DNA of 64,000 nucleotides, taken from the NCBI GenBank assembly GCA_045863335.1, contig BTVY01000003.1, positions 64,001 to 128,000 on the forward strand, given 5' to 3'. The DNA comes from Candidatus Hydrogenedentota bacterium. Its GTDB lineage: Bacteria > Hydrogenedentota > Hydrogenedentia > Hydrogenedentales > SLHB01. The position numbers were made by a program, and so were the translations under genes. Positions 19,085 to 29,506 of the stretch are shown here, piece by piece (the stretch's first letter is position 1; every line of letters begins with the position of its first letter). Under the pieces are notes generated by a model, which was not told where the DNA came from, made no database searches, and saw only the letters and a list, made by a program, of their open reading frames with translations.

Positions 19085-19141
19085 GCAGTAACGCTTCCCG
19101 TCCCACCAGCAAATTGACCACTCCCGATGGGCGGACCCCCT

Positions 19142-19339
19142 TTATTCCGGGGGACTCATCGTGGGCGGCCCCGGCTGCCCAAGTTCATCGTGGAGCGAAC
19201 GAATCCTCTCCGCCTTTTCGGGGTCAATGCGTTTGACCTGATTGGATTGAGATTCTGCGGTGAATACATAGGCGTAGACGCCCGCGGCGATCAGCAGCAG
19301 GAGAAGGGCCAGGACGAGCAGCTTCTTCGCGCGCTTCAA
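19142..19339 (-). CDS. Small single-TM protein downstream of the DUF1559 gene
   Basis: Basic N-terminus plus hydrophobic helix; 14 nt downstream of the DUF1559 stop. Confidence 0.6.
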   Translation of the reverse strand: MKRAKKLLVLALLLLLIAAGVYAYVFTAESQSNQVKRIDPEKAERIRSLHDELGQPGPPTMSPPE

Positions 19340-19353
19340 CTGCGGTACCCCGC

Positions 19354-20481
19354 CTACTCGAAACCGCTGTAGAACCAGAGGTTCACATCAAGCAGAGACG
19401 CGCCACGATAAAATCCACCCTGGGGCGATTCCGAAGGCACGGAAAAGATCGGGCAACGACCCGGGAACCGCAGGTACTCGACGTGCCCGTCCATGAACAG
19501 CACGTTGCCGCCGCCGGGAATGTGATTGAAGACGCTTAGAACCGCGTCGGGTTCGGCGGCGGTCCTTGAACTCCACGCGTCAAACATGACCGGTACAGTA
19601 CTTTGTGCGACGCTCGACTGAGCCGGATTGTTGATATCCGTGATGAAGAAACGTTCCACACCCTCTTTAAGGCGCGGATAACTTGTGGGGATATCGGACC
19701 AGTCGTCGTCGGCCAGCCACAGATCATAGCCGTACCACCCGGACACGATGGACTCGGGAAGATCGACCATGTTGGCCCCGTCGATGTGCGTTTCCGCACC
19801 GAAACCTTCGCAGCCGTAAGCGTCCAGCGTTCCCGGCGCGAAGGAAGCCGACGTCGTCTGGCCCACCTGAAAATCCCAGGCCAAATCCCAGGTGCCGTAT
19901 GAAATGCAGGTCTGCACGACATGTTGCTGGCTTGCGGTACGCAATGCGTACGCGAAATACGTATAGGAAACCGGCATGGATAGCTTGACGTGTAAGCAGG
20001 CCTTTCCGGCATCCGAGCCGTCCTGTAGCGCCCCCACCCGCGCGATCGCCGCTGCGAAGTCCAGATCGCCGATGATACCGCCACTGGGCCAGTTTCCCGG
20101 CAGTACCGCGCCGACCTTGCTGCGCGAATCCGAGGGACAAAGCGCGAGGCTTGGATCGGTCCAATAGTCCGGATACAGGAACTCGCTTGCCACGCCATGC
20201 ACAGGCCAGATGACACCGTCGCCGCGAACGGGATGTGTAATCGTTCCCGGAGGGAAGAGTTCCCCGGCCGATTCCGAGGCGTACATCTTATGGATGAGAC
20301 CCCACTGTTTCAGATTGCTCTGGCAGGAAGCGCGGCGGGCGGCCTCTCGTGCGCGAGCCAGCGCGGGCAACAGGATGGCGGCGAGAATCCCAATAATCGC
20401 GATCACGACCAACAGTTCAACGAGCGTAAAACCGGAATCTCCGCCCGCTCGAAGTCCTCTTCTCGCATGTGTGGCGTACAT
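19354..20481 (-). CDS. Prepilin-type N-terminal cleavage / DUF1559 / H-X9-DG domain protein
   Basis: [45 protein letters not shown]; [17 protein letters not shown]. Confidence 0.92.
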   Translation of the reverse strand: MYATHARRGLRAGGDSGFTLVELLVVIAIIGILAAILLPALARAREAARRASCQSNLKQWGLIHKMYASESAGELFPPGTITHPVRGDGVIWPVHGVASEFLYPDYWTDPSLALCPSDSRSKVGAVLPGNWPSGGIIGDLDFAAAIARVGALQDGSDAGKACLHVKLSMPVSYTYFAYALRTASQQHVVQTCISYGTWDLAWDFQVGQTTSASFAPGTLDAYGCEGFGAETHIDGANMVDLPESIVSGWYGYDLWLADDDWSDIPTSYPRLKEGVERFFITDINNPAQSSVAQSTVPVMFDAWSSRTAAEPDAVLSVFNHIPGGGNVLFMDGHVEYLRFPGRCPIFSVPSESPQGGFYRGASLLDVNLWFYSGFE

Positions 20482-20572
20482 GACTCTCCTCTTCGTCCTG
20501 CATCGACCACAAGAAAACACGGTCGACACGCCACTACCTTCCTGTTTGGTTGGAGCTCGACGTCCGGGTTGG

Positions 20573-21634
20573 TTACAGGTGAGAACGGTTCGGAGCTCCG
20601 ACATTCAGGTCTCGCACCGAATTGCGTTCAATCAACCGATGTTCGACGACCTTTTCAATCGGCTGTTCTGAACGCCCTGCCTCGCCGTGAATGATTTGGA
20701 GCAACAATTCTGCCGACATACGTCCAATCTCGCGCGGGAACACGGAAAGCGTCGTCAATGGCGGACCCATGACTTCACCCATTTCGATCCCGTCAAATCC
20801 GACGATGCTGATATCGTCCGGAATCCGCAGCTCCAACTCATGAGCCGCGCGATAACAACCGATAGCCACCATGTCGTTGCAGCAGATCAGCGCAGTTGGA
20901 CGGTAAGATTCATTGGTGAGCACTCTCAGCGCTGCGTGGTATCCGTCAGCCGGTGTGTCGCCGCCCCGGACAATCATGTTGTCCTGGAACGGTATCTCGT
21001 GCTCCACCAGGCTTTCCATCATACCGATGGTCCGCTCCTTCGACGTCGCCGAGCGGACCGGACCCGTCAGGAACGCGATCTTGCGATGTCCTTTATCAAT
21101 AAGGTAGTTGGTGGCATCGCGATTCGCCTTTCGATTGTCAAACCGCACGGTGTGAGTGGGCAGGCCCGGCGCCTCCATGATGGTTACCAGAGGCCGGCGC
21201 ATCCGCTGGAGCCAGCGCAAATGGTCGTGGTACTGCTCCACTTCGCCAGCGGAAACAATATAACCCCGCAGGTCATACGTCTTCTGGGCGCCAAACGCTT
21301 CAATACCCTCTTCCGGCCGGTCCTCGGTCCCGTGGTAGAGCATTCGCTGGAACCCTTCCGCGCGCAATACGTTATGGATTCCGGACACCACCTCCGTGTA
21401 GAACGGATTGTTGATGCTGCCCACGACGACGCCAACCGTTTTGGACACTTCGCTCAGAAGCGACTTCTGGACGAGTCCGTTGGCATATCCGTGCTCGCGG
21501 ATTGCTTCCCAAACCCGCTCTCGCGTCCGGGGGCTTACGCCAGGTTTCCCCTTGACTACCGCGAATACGGTTGTGCGCGAGACCCCGCTCAGCTTCGCGA
21601 TATCTTCTGCTGTTAAGCCACGTCGACGACCCAT
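20573..21634 (-). CDS. LacI-family transcriptional regulator
   Basis: [19 protein letters not shown]; [32 protein letters not shown]. Confidence 0.93.
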   Translation of the reverse strand: MGRRRGLTAEDIAKLSGVSRTTVFAVVKGKPGVSPRTRERVWEAIREHGYANGLVQKSLLSEVSKTVGVVVGSINNPFYTEVVSGIHNVLRAEGFQRMLYHGTEDRPEEGIEAFGAQKTYDLRGYIVSAGEVEQYHDHLRWLQRMRRPLVTIMEAPGLPTHTVRFDNRKANRDATNYLIDKGHRKIAFLTGPVRSATSKERTIGMMESLVEHEIPFQDNMIVRGGDTPADGYHAALRVLTNESYRPTALICCNDMVAIGCYRAAHELELRIPDDISIVGFDGIEMGEVMGPPLTTLSVFPREIGRMSAELLLQIIHGEAGRSEQPIEKVVEHRLIERNSVRDLNVGAPNRSHL

Positions 21635-21967
21635 AGTTGTGCGGAGTTCCTTTGGTTAAGTTCAATTCGTACTCAAGGTAAACTTGTTTTCCCCCTGTGT
21701 CAACAAAAGAATTCGATTCCCATTTTGCGTCAGCGCGTATCTTGAACCGCCGTAACGATTTGTCGCCTACGACCACAAGTGATTCGCTGCCGGGGGCGTT
21801 CAAAACGTTCAATTCCGGCGTTGCGCCGGCCGCGGTTCACCCACTCGGACCCCAGTGGGTTTGACCACAGGTCAGCCTTTGTTACTATGCGGCAACCGCA
21901 GATGAACCGGCCAATCAGGGCGTGGGTGCCTCCCAGCGCCGCACGCAATCGGCGAAGGAGCAGGTCC

Positions 21968-23317
21968 ATGGAAACAGGCATCAGTCGAAGGAGGTTTCTG
22001 GGTATCTCGGCATCGGCCCTTGGCGCGTCCATCGCGGCGGGTGCGCCCCAAGCCTCGGCGCAGGCGGGGAGGCGCCCGAACTTCATCGTTATCTTCACCG
22101 ACGACATGGGATACGGCGATCTCGGGTGTTACGGGCATCCCACGATCCGGACGCCCCATCTCGATCAGATGGCCCGCGATGGGTTGCGTATGACTTCGTT
22201 CTACGTGGCTGCTGCCGTTTGTTCGCCGTCGCGGGCGGCGTTACTCACCGGCCGCTATCCGGTTCGTTGCGGGATGCCCGGCAACACGGGCCCCGGAAGC
22301 GACAAGCACCTGCCTGAATCCGAGATCACCATCGCCCAGGCGCTGCGAGACGGGGGCTACCGGACCATGGCCATCGGGAAATGGCATCTCGGCCACCAGC
22401 GCCCGGAACTATTGCCCACGGGACGCGGTTTCGACCATTGGTTCGGTCTGCCGTACAGCAACGATATGCGACAGCCATGGGTCCAGACGGACGTACCGCT
22501 GCAGCTTTACCGCGATACGGAGCCGATCGAGAATCCCGTCGATCAGGACACATTGACCGAACGCTACACCGAAGAAGCGGTGCGCTTCATAGAAGTTGGG
22601 GGCGACGAACCGTTCTTCCTCTACCTCGCCCATAGCATGCCCCACTTGCCCGTGCGGACATCGGACCGATTCCGCGGCACTTCGGACGCGGGCCTCTATG
22701 GCGATGTGATCGAGACCATAGACTGGAGCGTCGGCCGCATTCGGGAGACCCTGCGCGTGAAAGGGATCGAAGACAACACGCTCATTCTCTTTACCAGCGA
22801 CAACGGCCCCTGGCTCAATCTTCCGGACCGCATGCTCCAGGATGGCAACGAGTGGTGGCACACAGGATCGCCGGGACCATTGCGCGGGGCCAAAGGCACT
22901 ACCTATGAGGGAGGCTTTCGCGTCCCCATGATTGCGTGCTGGCCCGGCGTGATTCCGGCCGGTTCCGAATCCCACGACGTGGCATCGACCATGGATTTCC
23001 TGCCCACGCTGCTCACGGCCGCCGGAGCGGACTTGCCCGTGGATCGTACACTTGACGGGGTCGATATCATGCCGCTCCTTAAAGGGGAAGCGGAAGTCCC
23101 GCACGAGTATTTCTACTACTTCCTCGGTTCCAACCTTCAAGGGGTCAGAAATGGGGACTGGAAATACCGCAAGGAGAACGAATCCGCAGAGGCCGAACTG
23201 TACCATCTGGGTCGCGACCCCGGCGAGCGGTACAACGTGGCCAGTCAGGAACCGGACGTTACACAGGCCCTCGCCGAACAGATGCGTGTCTTTGGTGAGG
23301 CAGTAACGCGACCTTGA
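21968..23317 (+). CDS. Tat-exported Cys-type sulfatase
   Basis: SRRRFLG Tat signal; PNFIVIFTDDMGYGD, CSPSRAALLTGR, GKWHLG, SDNGP. Confidence 0.95.
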   Translation: METGISRRRFLGISASALGASIAAGAPQASAQAGRRPNFIVIFTDDMGYGDLGCYGHPTIRTPHLDQMARDGLRMTSFYVAAAVCSPSRAALLTGRYPVRCGMPGNTGPGSDKHLPESEITIAQALRDGGYRTMAIGKWHLGHQRPELLPTGRGFDHWFGLPYSNDMRQPWVQTDVPLQLYRDTEPIENPVDQDTLTERYTEEAVRFIEVGGDEPFFLYLAHSMPHLPVRTSDRFRGTSDAGLYGDVIETIDWSVGRIRETLRVKGIEDNTLILFTSDNGPWLNLPDRMLQDGNEWWHTGSPGPLRGAKGTTYEGGFRVPMIACWPGVIPAGSESHDVASTMDFLPTLLTAAGADLPVDRTLDGVDIMPLLKGEAEVPHEYFYYFLGSNLQGVRNGDWKYRKENESAEAELYHLGRDPGERYNVASQEPDVTQALAEQMRVFGEAVTRP

Positions 23318-23337
23318 TTCGCGACGTTGGAAATAAC

Positions 23338-23709
23338 TCAGCTCTCCGGGCTTTTCTCTCCGACCGGTTCCGTCGTGATGTGCCAACTGAACAGGCGATC
23401 ATCCAGGAAGTAGAGCATCAAAACGGCGCCATCTTCGAGGTCACAGCCATAGCGGGATATCTCGCCTTCGGAAGTCAATTCGCTATCGAGATGCTGCCAT
23501 TCCACCGGTACGCGCTGTCGCGCTTCGTCGATTGTCAGGCCCTTGCGAAGGTCATACGCTCCGGCCAACCTGCGCCGCGCCGCATACCATTGGGCGGTCT
23601 CCGCTACCGTCAGAATCGCGTACCGTAGAATAAACAGGCCGGCCAGAAACGCCGCCAGATAGATGATCCCTTTCAAAGGAGTCATCGCGGGGACCTGGCG
23701 CAGGCGCAT
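23338..23709 (-). CDS. Hypothetical membrane-anchored protein
   Basis: N-terminal TM helix, 123-aa ORF filling the gap. Confidence 0.5.
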   Translation of the reverse strand: MRLRQVPAMTPLKGIIYLAAFLAGLFILRYAILTVAETAQWYAARRRLAGAYDLRKGLTIDEARQRVPVEWQHLDSELTSEGEISRYGCDLEDGAVLMLYFLDDRLFSWHITTEPVGEKSPES

Positions 23710-23805
23710 GGACGACGCGAATTGGTTGATTTGTAATAAAGTGCGGAATAGAGTTTATACTGGGATAGGGACACTGGGGGCGAAACCAACATTAGGAGAC
23801 TGGCC

Positions 23806-23922
23806 ATGGGTTTCATCATTCTGCTCCTCAACACGATTGGCGGCATCCTTGACTTCCTTTTCTACGGAGAAGATGCCATTCTGCCCGGACCCCGGCGCCG
23901 GGTACCAATGATCATCCTGTAG
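23806..23922 (+). CDS. Small hydrophobic peptide (38 aa) MGFIILLLNTIGGILDFLFYGEDAILPGPRRRVPMIIL
   Basis: AGGAGA RBS, upstream TATACT (23756-23761), downstream hairpin; below the ORF-track cutoff. Confidence 0.5.
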   Translation: MGFIILLLNTIGGILDFLFYGEDAILPGPRRRVPMIIL

Positions 23923-23940
23923 CGCAATACCCGCACAAAG

Positions 23941-23982
23941 AAAAGGCCCGCCCGGCAGACCCCTGGCCTCCGGGCGGGCCTT
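23941..23982. terminator. Intrinsic terminator hairpin between the peptide gene and bfr
   Basis: AAGGCCCGCCCGG ... CCGGGCGGGCCTT with an A-tract on the left (U-tract for bfr). Confidence 0.75.
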
Positions 23983-23998
23983 CATCGTATCAATCCGG

Positions 23999-24496
23999 TT
24001 ACTCTGCACCGCCGCCGGTCAAACGCGCTTTACTGCTCTCCATGGACTGTAGGGCGAGGTACTTGTCCCCGTACTGCTCCAGCTTGTCGTGCTCGATATC
24101 AAACTGGTCGTAGTGACCTTCTTCTTCGGCAACGAGATCCTCGAACAGCTTCTTCGAAACCGAATCCGCGTTCTTGGCGCATTCGTTCGCCCACTCGTTG
24201 TACTCGCGGGCGCTTTCTTCCTCCATCTTGGCCGCGCGCTTGAGCATCTCGCCGACCGCTCGAATCTGCTGTACCGGCTCGGCCAATTCCATCTTCACGT
24301 CCCCCTTGAGAAACAGGATGCGCTCAGACAGGCGTTCCACGTGGATCATCTCCTGGATCGCGGTCTGCTTGAATAGCGCGGCCAGAATGTCCAGTCCCTG
24401 GTCGTCGCAGTGAAAATGAAAGTACATGTATTGGTGTACGGCGGACAGCTCGTCAGCCACCGCTTTGTTCAGCAGCTCAATACTCTTATCATGCAT
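23999..24496 (-). CDS. bfr: Bacterioferritin
   Basis: ELSAVHQY, QEMIHVERLSERILFL, EEEGH ferroxidase ligands. Confidence 0.88.
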   Translation of the reverse strand: MHDKSIELLNKAVADELSAVHQYMYFHFHCDDQGLDILAALFKQTAIQEMIHVERLSERILFLKGDVKMELAEPVQQIRAVGEMLKRAAKMEEESAREYNEWANECAKNADSVSKKLFEDLVAEEEGHYDQFDIEHDKLEQYGDKYLALQSMESSKARLTGGGAE

Positions 24497-25016
24497 GATT
24501 CAAATCCCTCCACAGTCCTCGTTTCTATCGCTGAAGAGTCTCTTCGGCATGCGTGCCGATGGACCGCGGCCGAACTCATGGCGAACTGGAGATTTGGGGG
24601 ATAATCGCTTCCGCTCCCTCGGCCGCGAGAAGATCATAGCATGCGCCGTATTATGCGATCATCATGGGTGGATTTGAAATCCCGGGACGGTTCGTGTCTG
24701 ATGGTGGGCAAGGGTTGGGCCGGTATCGCTAGTGTAGAACGTCGGCGAATTGACGAGGAGGGATTCGTTGTGCGGCACATCGCCACATCGACGCGTGAAC
24801 GTCCATTTCCTGTCAAGGCGCAACTGGCGCCATTATATCCGCTCGGCATTTTCGTTGGCGTATGGTATAACACGATAGGCGTACTTATCGAACGGCTGAA
24901 ACAGGTGAGCCTCGAAAACGAGTAGCCGGACTAGCCCGGCTATGGAGTCGCGCAAGCGTTTCCCTGCGGCTCCAATCGCCGTGTATAGCCTCGGGAAAGT
25001 ATAAGAAGGTGGAACA

Positions 25017-25388
25017 ATGAAGGTCGACAGCCGGCGCGTTACACGATTAGCGACCGCATTCCCCGTGACGCTGACCGCAAGCGACGCGCGGACAATCCAT
25101 GGGACCGTCCGCGATGTGTCGATTCTAGGTATGTTTGTGCAATCCAAGGAGTCCTTCCCGCAAGGCACCACCTGCGAAGCCGAATTCGAGATCGAGCCCA
25201 TGAAGCGTGTCGGGGCACAATGTTCTGTCGTCCATCGGTACGGCGACGGAATCGGGCTGGAGTTCAACGGCATAGAAAACGCCTCCTTCGAGTATTTGCG
25301 GGTCCTTGTCGTCTCGCAGGCTGAAGATCCGCAAGCCTGCGAAGACGAGATCCTCGCCAACATGGGTAGTCTCCCCGCTTTGTACTAG
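25017..25388 (+). CDS. PilZ-domain protein
   Basis: RRVTR and DVSILG c-di-GMP motifs, GIGLEF. Confidence 0.85.
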   Translation: MKVDSRRVTRLATAFPVTLTASDARTIHGTVRDVSILGMFVQSKESFPQGTTCEAEFEIEPMKRVGAQCSVVHRYGDGIGLEFNGIENASFEYLRVLVVSQAEDPQACEDEILANMGSLPALY

Positions 25389-25542
25389 CTCTTCGTCTCG
25401 GACTGCCGGGCGCGCGAACGGCGCATTTCAAATGACTATTTTGTCATGCTTTCATGGGAAAGTATTGCGTCCAGGCCGGCCCCGTGCTAGAGTCATCGTC
25501 GGGCCACGGGGGCGGCTCGGCCTGGTAGTTAAAGGAGGAGCC

Positions 25543-25704
25543 ATGAAGCATTTCGCACCGATCACCACCAATCGCACACCCGCATCGGCAAACGATAGCC
25601 GGATTCCGGAATGTCTCGCGTATTTGCTGGATACCTGGGATTTCGAAGGGTTTATAGATTGCTGGCAGGAAAAGAAGGGCTGTAACTGCGGCGATCCGGA
25701 ATAA
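25543..25704 (+). CDS. Small peptide 1 of paralogous pair (53 aa)
   Basis: AAAGGAGG RBS; clear similarity to the next ORF. Confidence 0.8.
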   Translation: MKHFAPITTNRTPASANDSRIPECLAYLLDTWDFEGFIDCWQEKKGCNCGDPE

Positions 25705-25800
25705 CGAGGCAGGTCTCTCCGGACTTTAGTGTAAAATTCGCGAACATCTATGGTAGCATGGTGCCTGCTGTTTGGCTTAGGCAATGTGAAAGGAGGCACC

Positions 25801-25959
25801 ATGAAACACATCAAGGCGTTGACCCGAGACCGTATTCCAGCATTGGCGGGTGGACCTGAACCCCCGACGTTGCAGGAATGCTTGAGCTATCTCCTGCGCA
25901 CGGGAGATTTCAGCGGATTCAAAGAATGCTTTGGTGAGAAGAAGGGCGCGGCAGAATAG
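25801..25959 (+). CDS. Small peptide 2 of paralogous pair (52 aa)
   Basis: AAAGGAGG RBS; shares MKH..T..R.PA.A and ECL.YLL.T.DF.GF..C..EKKG. Confidence 0.8.
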   Translation: MKHIKALTRDRIPALAGGPEPPTLQECLSYLLRTGDFSGFKECFGEKKGAAE

Positions 25960-25978
25960 CCCGTCCCGTACAGTTGTG

Positions 25979-26019
25979 GGAGTCCCCGTGGCCGTAAAGC
26001 CATGGGGACTCTCATTTTT
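25979..26019 (+). terminator. Intrinsic terminator after the peptide pair
   Basis: GAGTCCCCGTGGC...GCCATGGGGACTC followed by ATTTTT. Confidence 0.7.
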
Positions 26020-26033
26020 CTGGAGAGGTGAGG

Positions 26034-27719
26034 CTAGACCAGGGGGATCTCGCCGACGCCCGCGACGCCGTGGTTTCGTACGATGCTGGCAGTAGCAAGG
26101 CCGGAGCCAATCGGTTCTTCCAACTTGGCGATACGCTGATACCGTTCGGTTGCGAGCTGCGACGCGATCGCTTCGCAGATTCTCCCCGCATCTGGCGCCA
26201 AACTCAGCACGAGAACGGCCCCCGCGATTCCGCCACCCGTTAACGAGGCGCCCAGCGCCCCGGCATCCAAGGCTTGGTCCACAATGAAGTCCAACGCGGG
26301 ACTGCTCGCGCCGTACGCCCCTGGGCAGTACTCCACGGGCGTGGCCGCCTTTGCAAGCCGGTCGAGACTCGCGTCACCAACATCGGACGCAAAGCGTTTT
26401 CCGCAGCGGTCCAATACCCGGTCGCCGTCGTGTCCGACGGTCATCAAGCCGCCAGCCTCCTCGAACTCGCCTTCTGCAAGCAAGTCCGGGAACACGCGTG
26501 CCCGCTCCGATTCCGCGATACCAAACAGCAGCGGACCCCGGAGGTTGATGGTCTTGGGGCGGAGCTCCTCTTCTACCGTCCCGAAATAGCGCTCGTACTC
26601 GCCCGGAAGCTGGGGGAGATCGTACCGCGCTCCCAATGCTGCGATGTCGATGGACTCATCGATTCGCTTGAGGCACTCGTACAGAGAAGCCGGTCCGCCC
26701 CAATCAGCCAGACGCGCCGCATTCAGGTCCGACAGATAGCGGATACCGGCGATCGCTTCGGCATCCATTCCCATGGCCGCCAGTTCCTGACGGAGCACCT
26801 CCAAGGCCAGCGAATAGGCAAAACGGTTCCGCGTGTATTCGACCAACTGCGCACCGCTCAGGCTTCGCGTGGTATGTGAATCGACAACGAGCACGGCCAG
26901 GCCGTCCGGAAATGAACTATAGCGTGCTGCGTTCAGAGCCAGGTCGTCCGGATGGATCGCCACATTGACAAACGAGTCGCGCCCGCCCAACACCATGGCC
27001 GTCTGATCGCTCATGCCCGTCCGCGCGCCAGCGTACCACTCGGATTCCTGCCCCAGACGGATCAGAGTCTTCGGGTCCACCGCGATCTCGTTGAGTGCAC
27101 TCACTGTTTGAATGATGGCCAGGATAAGCGCCGTCGAAGAACTCAAGGCTGCGCCCCGGGGAAGATCGCTGCCCACGACCGCGCGGAATCCCGTCAACGG
27201 CTGGCCGTTCCTGTGGTGTTGAATCCGCGCGATGGCGCCTTCCACATAGTTGGCCCAGTGGCCACGGCGCGATAGCACGCGCGACTGAACGGAAGCATCT
27301 GTGATGAAACGATCCCACGCCGTGTTGAATGCCGGGTGCTGCGCCCAGACCGCGCTATCAAAATCCAGAGGGGCGAACTCCGGGTCCAGATTCCGCAGAC
27401 GAAAGGTCGCATCCTCAGTAGGGGATGCGACCACGATGACCTCCCGCTGGTGGGTCATCAGATTGAGGTAGCCGCCGTGCGTGTCGACGTGCATCCCGCG
27501 CAGGTTGATCCGGCCGGGGCAGCGAAACACCCGGACCGGGCCGTCTCCGAATTCGGAAAGGTACTTTGCAGTAACGTTGGCCAACAGAGCGACGCGTTCG
27601 CGGCAGATGTCGGACGAATCGCCGTAAATAGGTTCGACGGCATGGAGCAGTTGACGGTCCGGCGCTGCGCATAGCCGCTGTAAAGTGGATGCGTTCATGC
27701 GATCGGCTGGGTTACTCAC
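26034..27719 (-). CDS. Galactokinase-like GHMP kinase
   Basis: PGRINLRGMHVD, LPRGAALSSS, GMSDQ, GASLTGGGIAG. Confidence 0.85.
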   Translation of the reverse strand: MSNPADRMNASTLQRLCAAPDRQLLHAVEPIYGDSSDICRERVALLANVTAKYLSEFGDGPVRVFRCPGRINLRGMHVDTHGGYLNLMTHQREVIVVASPTEDATFRLRNLDPEFAPLDFDSAVWAQHPAFNTAWDRFITDASVQSRVLSRRGHWANYVEGAIARIQHHRNGQPLTGFRAVVGSDLPRGAALSSSTALILAIIQTVSALNEIAVDPKTLIRLGQESEWYAGARTGMSDQTAMVLGGRDSFVNVAIHPDDLALNAARYSSFPDGLAVLVVDSHTTRSLSGAQLVEYTRNRFAYSLALEVLRQELAAMGMDAEAIAGIRYLSDLNAARLADWGGPASLYECLKRIDESIDIAALGARYDLPQLPGEYERYFGTVEEELRPKTINLRGPLLFGIAESERARVFPDLLAEGEFEEAGGLMTVGHDGDRVLDRCGKRFASDVGDASLDRLAKAATPVEYCPGAYGASSPALDFIVDQALDAGALGASLTGGGIAGAVLVLSLAPDAGRICEAIASQLATERYQRIAKLEEPIGSGLATASIVRNHGVAGVGEIPLV

Positions 27720-29506
27720 TACTCGTCATAGCTTGTCCGGATGTTGTACTCCCGGGCGAGGCCGCGCAGCTCCGCCAGCAATTCCGGCGTCTCACCAACC
27801 CGGGTCATCTCGCCGATGAGGTAGTAGATTTTCCGGAAGGCCCAGTTCCTTGCGATGTCTCGATCCCCGTGCTCGGCTTCGGCAAGATCTGCCCGGAAAA
27901 TCACCTCCTTTTTATCATCGCCGGCACTGCCCGTGAGACGGACGGCGAACTCGCGATCGCGAGCCGGATCGAAACGCCCGTACACGGTGAACGCCTGGCC
28001 GCGATAGAAGTCGGGGATCTGTTTCGGATACACGGAGGTCTCGTCGATACCACCAAAGTTGGCTGCGCAACTGACGAGAATCGGATCGTTGAGGTTTGAG
28101 AAGAAGCGGGGGAGTTCGCTCCCGATGGCTTCGAGTTGCGGCGTAAACGAGGCTTCTCCCCGATTCCGATAGGCGAGCAGGTCCAGCATGTGCTGATTGA
28201 TCGTGCGGCCTCCCGCAAAGGCGTAGATGCTGTAGTCCTGCTGGTTCTCCTCGGTCAGCGCGTTGATGAGCGTCCGGCCGTCTTTGATACCGGTGGTCGG
28301 CTTGCCATCCGACAACACCAGCGCGATACCGGGCACACCAGGCCGCGGCGGTTCGGCAATGACCGGGAGAATGCCCTTGTACACATCGGTTTCCCCGCGC
28401 GACTCCACGTTGGTCAGAAACTCTCGTGCAGCCCGCTTTTCCTCGTCCGAAGCATAGGTGAGGGATGGACGGAAAAGGGTGGGGGAGTCGCGAAAGATGA
28501 CGACATTGAAACGATCTTCGGGCCGCAATCCGGCGATGCAATCCCGCACGCCCGCCACGGTCTGGTCCAGTTTGCGCTGCAGAATGCTGTTGGACGCGTC
28601 GATGATGAAGGTCACGTCCTTGGGCAGCGGCGCGATGGACTCGCCCTCTTTCGGCACGATGCGCAGGCGGAAGTAACCTTCGCGTTCGCCCGGCGGCACG
28701 AAGGCGTCCACTTCCATCGTGACCAAGTCGTCGATGAACTCGAAATCACGATTGCGTTCGATAGCCTGCGTCACCGGCTCACGCGCCATTACTTTCTCGA
28801 TGGGTAACTCAGGCAGCGCAGGCAAATCGTCCTCCGGCGCGGGCGTCTCATCCATCGGCTCCCATGGTGGCGGAGCCACCAGACCCGGCTCGCCGGATCC
28901 CCCTTCCGCGCCTCCTCCTGCGCCGGGCATGGGGAATACGGATTGGGGCGCCAAGGGATCGATGAGCAGGGCTTGCTCGGGTTCCGTCGCGCCCGCGCCA
29001 CGCACCGTGGGCAATTCGCCTTCTTCGATGACGCGGGTCGAGCTGGGCGCCACCAGCCGCCGGGTCACTTCGATGTCTTGCCGGGCCACGTTCTGGGAGA
29101 TTTCAATGATCTTCGCGTCGAGTTCGTTAAGCAGGTCCAGGTCGGGCGCGGCACTGCCTTCCGATGGCGACGACTCCGCCGCCAACCGCTCCGATAATTG
29201 CGGGACAGGGACCGTCTGTTCGAGCAGGGAGCTATCCGGAACGAGCGGCTCAGGATCGTCCATGGGGGTATCCGTGATGGAACCCGGCCGCGTGCTAAGC
29301 GATCCCGTGCCTTCGTCGCCGGATTCGATCTGCTGCAACTCGGCATCGTCGATCAGCCGGACGCGGAACGACTGCAGGATGGATTCCGGAGACTCGCTCC
29401 GCGCAAGCAGGGGAACTTTCGGGGAGACCGCGATCAACAAGCCGTGCAATGCCAGCGATGCGAGTATACTCGCTACGAGCAAAGTTCTGCGGCTGACCGT
29501 ACCCAT
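27719..29506 (-). CDS. Membrane-anchored vWA-domain protein with TonB-like N-terminus
   Basis: TM with SLALH, Pro/acidic linker, MIDAS IIDASNS, GETD, LSDG. Confidence 0.82.
   Translation of the reverse strand: MGTVSRRTLLVASILASLALHGLLIAVSPKVPLLARSESPESILQSFRVRLIDDAELQQIESGDEGTGSLSTRPGSITDTPMDDPEPLVPDSSLLEQTVPVPQLSERLAAESSPSEGSAAPDLDLLNELDAKIIEISQNVARQDIEVTRRLVAPSSTRVIEEGELPTVRGAGATEPEQALLIDPLAPQSVFPMPGAGGGAEGGSGEPGLVAPPPWEPMDETPAPEDDLPALPELPIEKVMAREPVTQAIERNRDFEFIDDLVTMEVDAFVPPGEREGYFRLRIVPKEGESIAPLPKDVTFIIDASNSILQRKLDQTVAGVRDCIAGLRPEDRFNVVIFRDSPTLFRPSLTYASDEEKRAAREFLTNVESRGETDVYKGILPVIAEPPRPGVPGIALVLSDGKPTTGIKDGRTLINALTEENQQDYSIYAFAGGRTINQHMLDLLAYRNRGEASFTPQLEAIGSELPRFFSNLNDPILVSCAANFGGIDETSVYPKQIPDFYRGQAFTVYGRFDPARDREFAVRLTGSAGDDKKEVIFRADLAEAEHGDRDIARNWAFRKIYYLIGEMTRVGETPELLAELRGLAREYNIRTSYDE

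Noticed and set aside
24500-25010. Short ORFs between bfr and the PilZ gene
   Set aside because: No RBS, motifs or coding-like composition; likely a divergent promoter region
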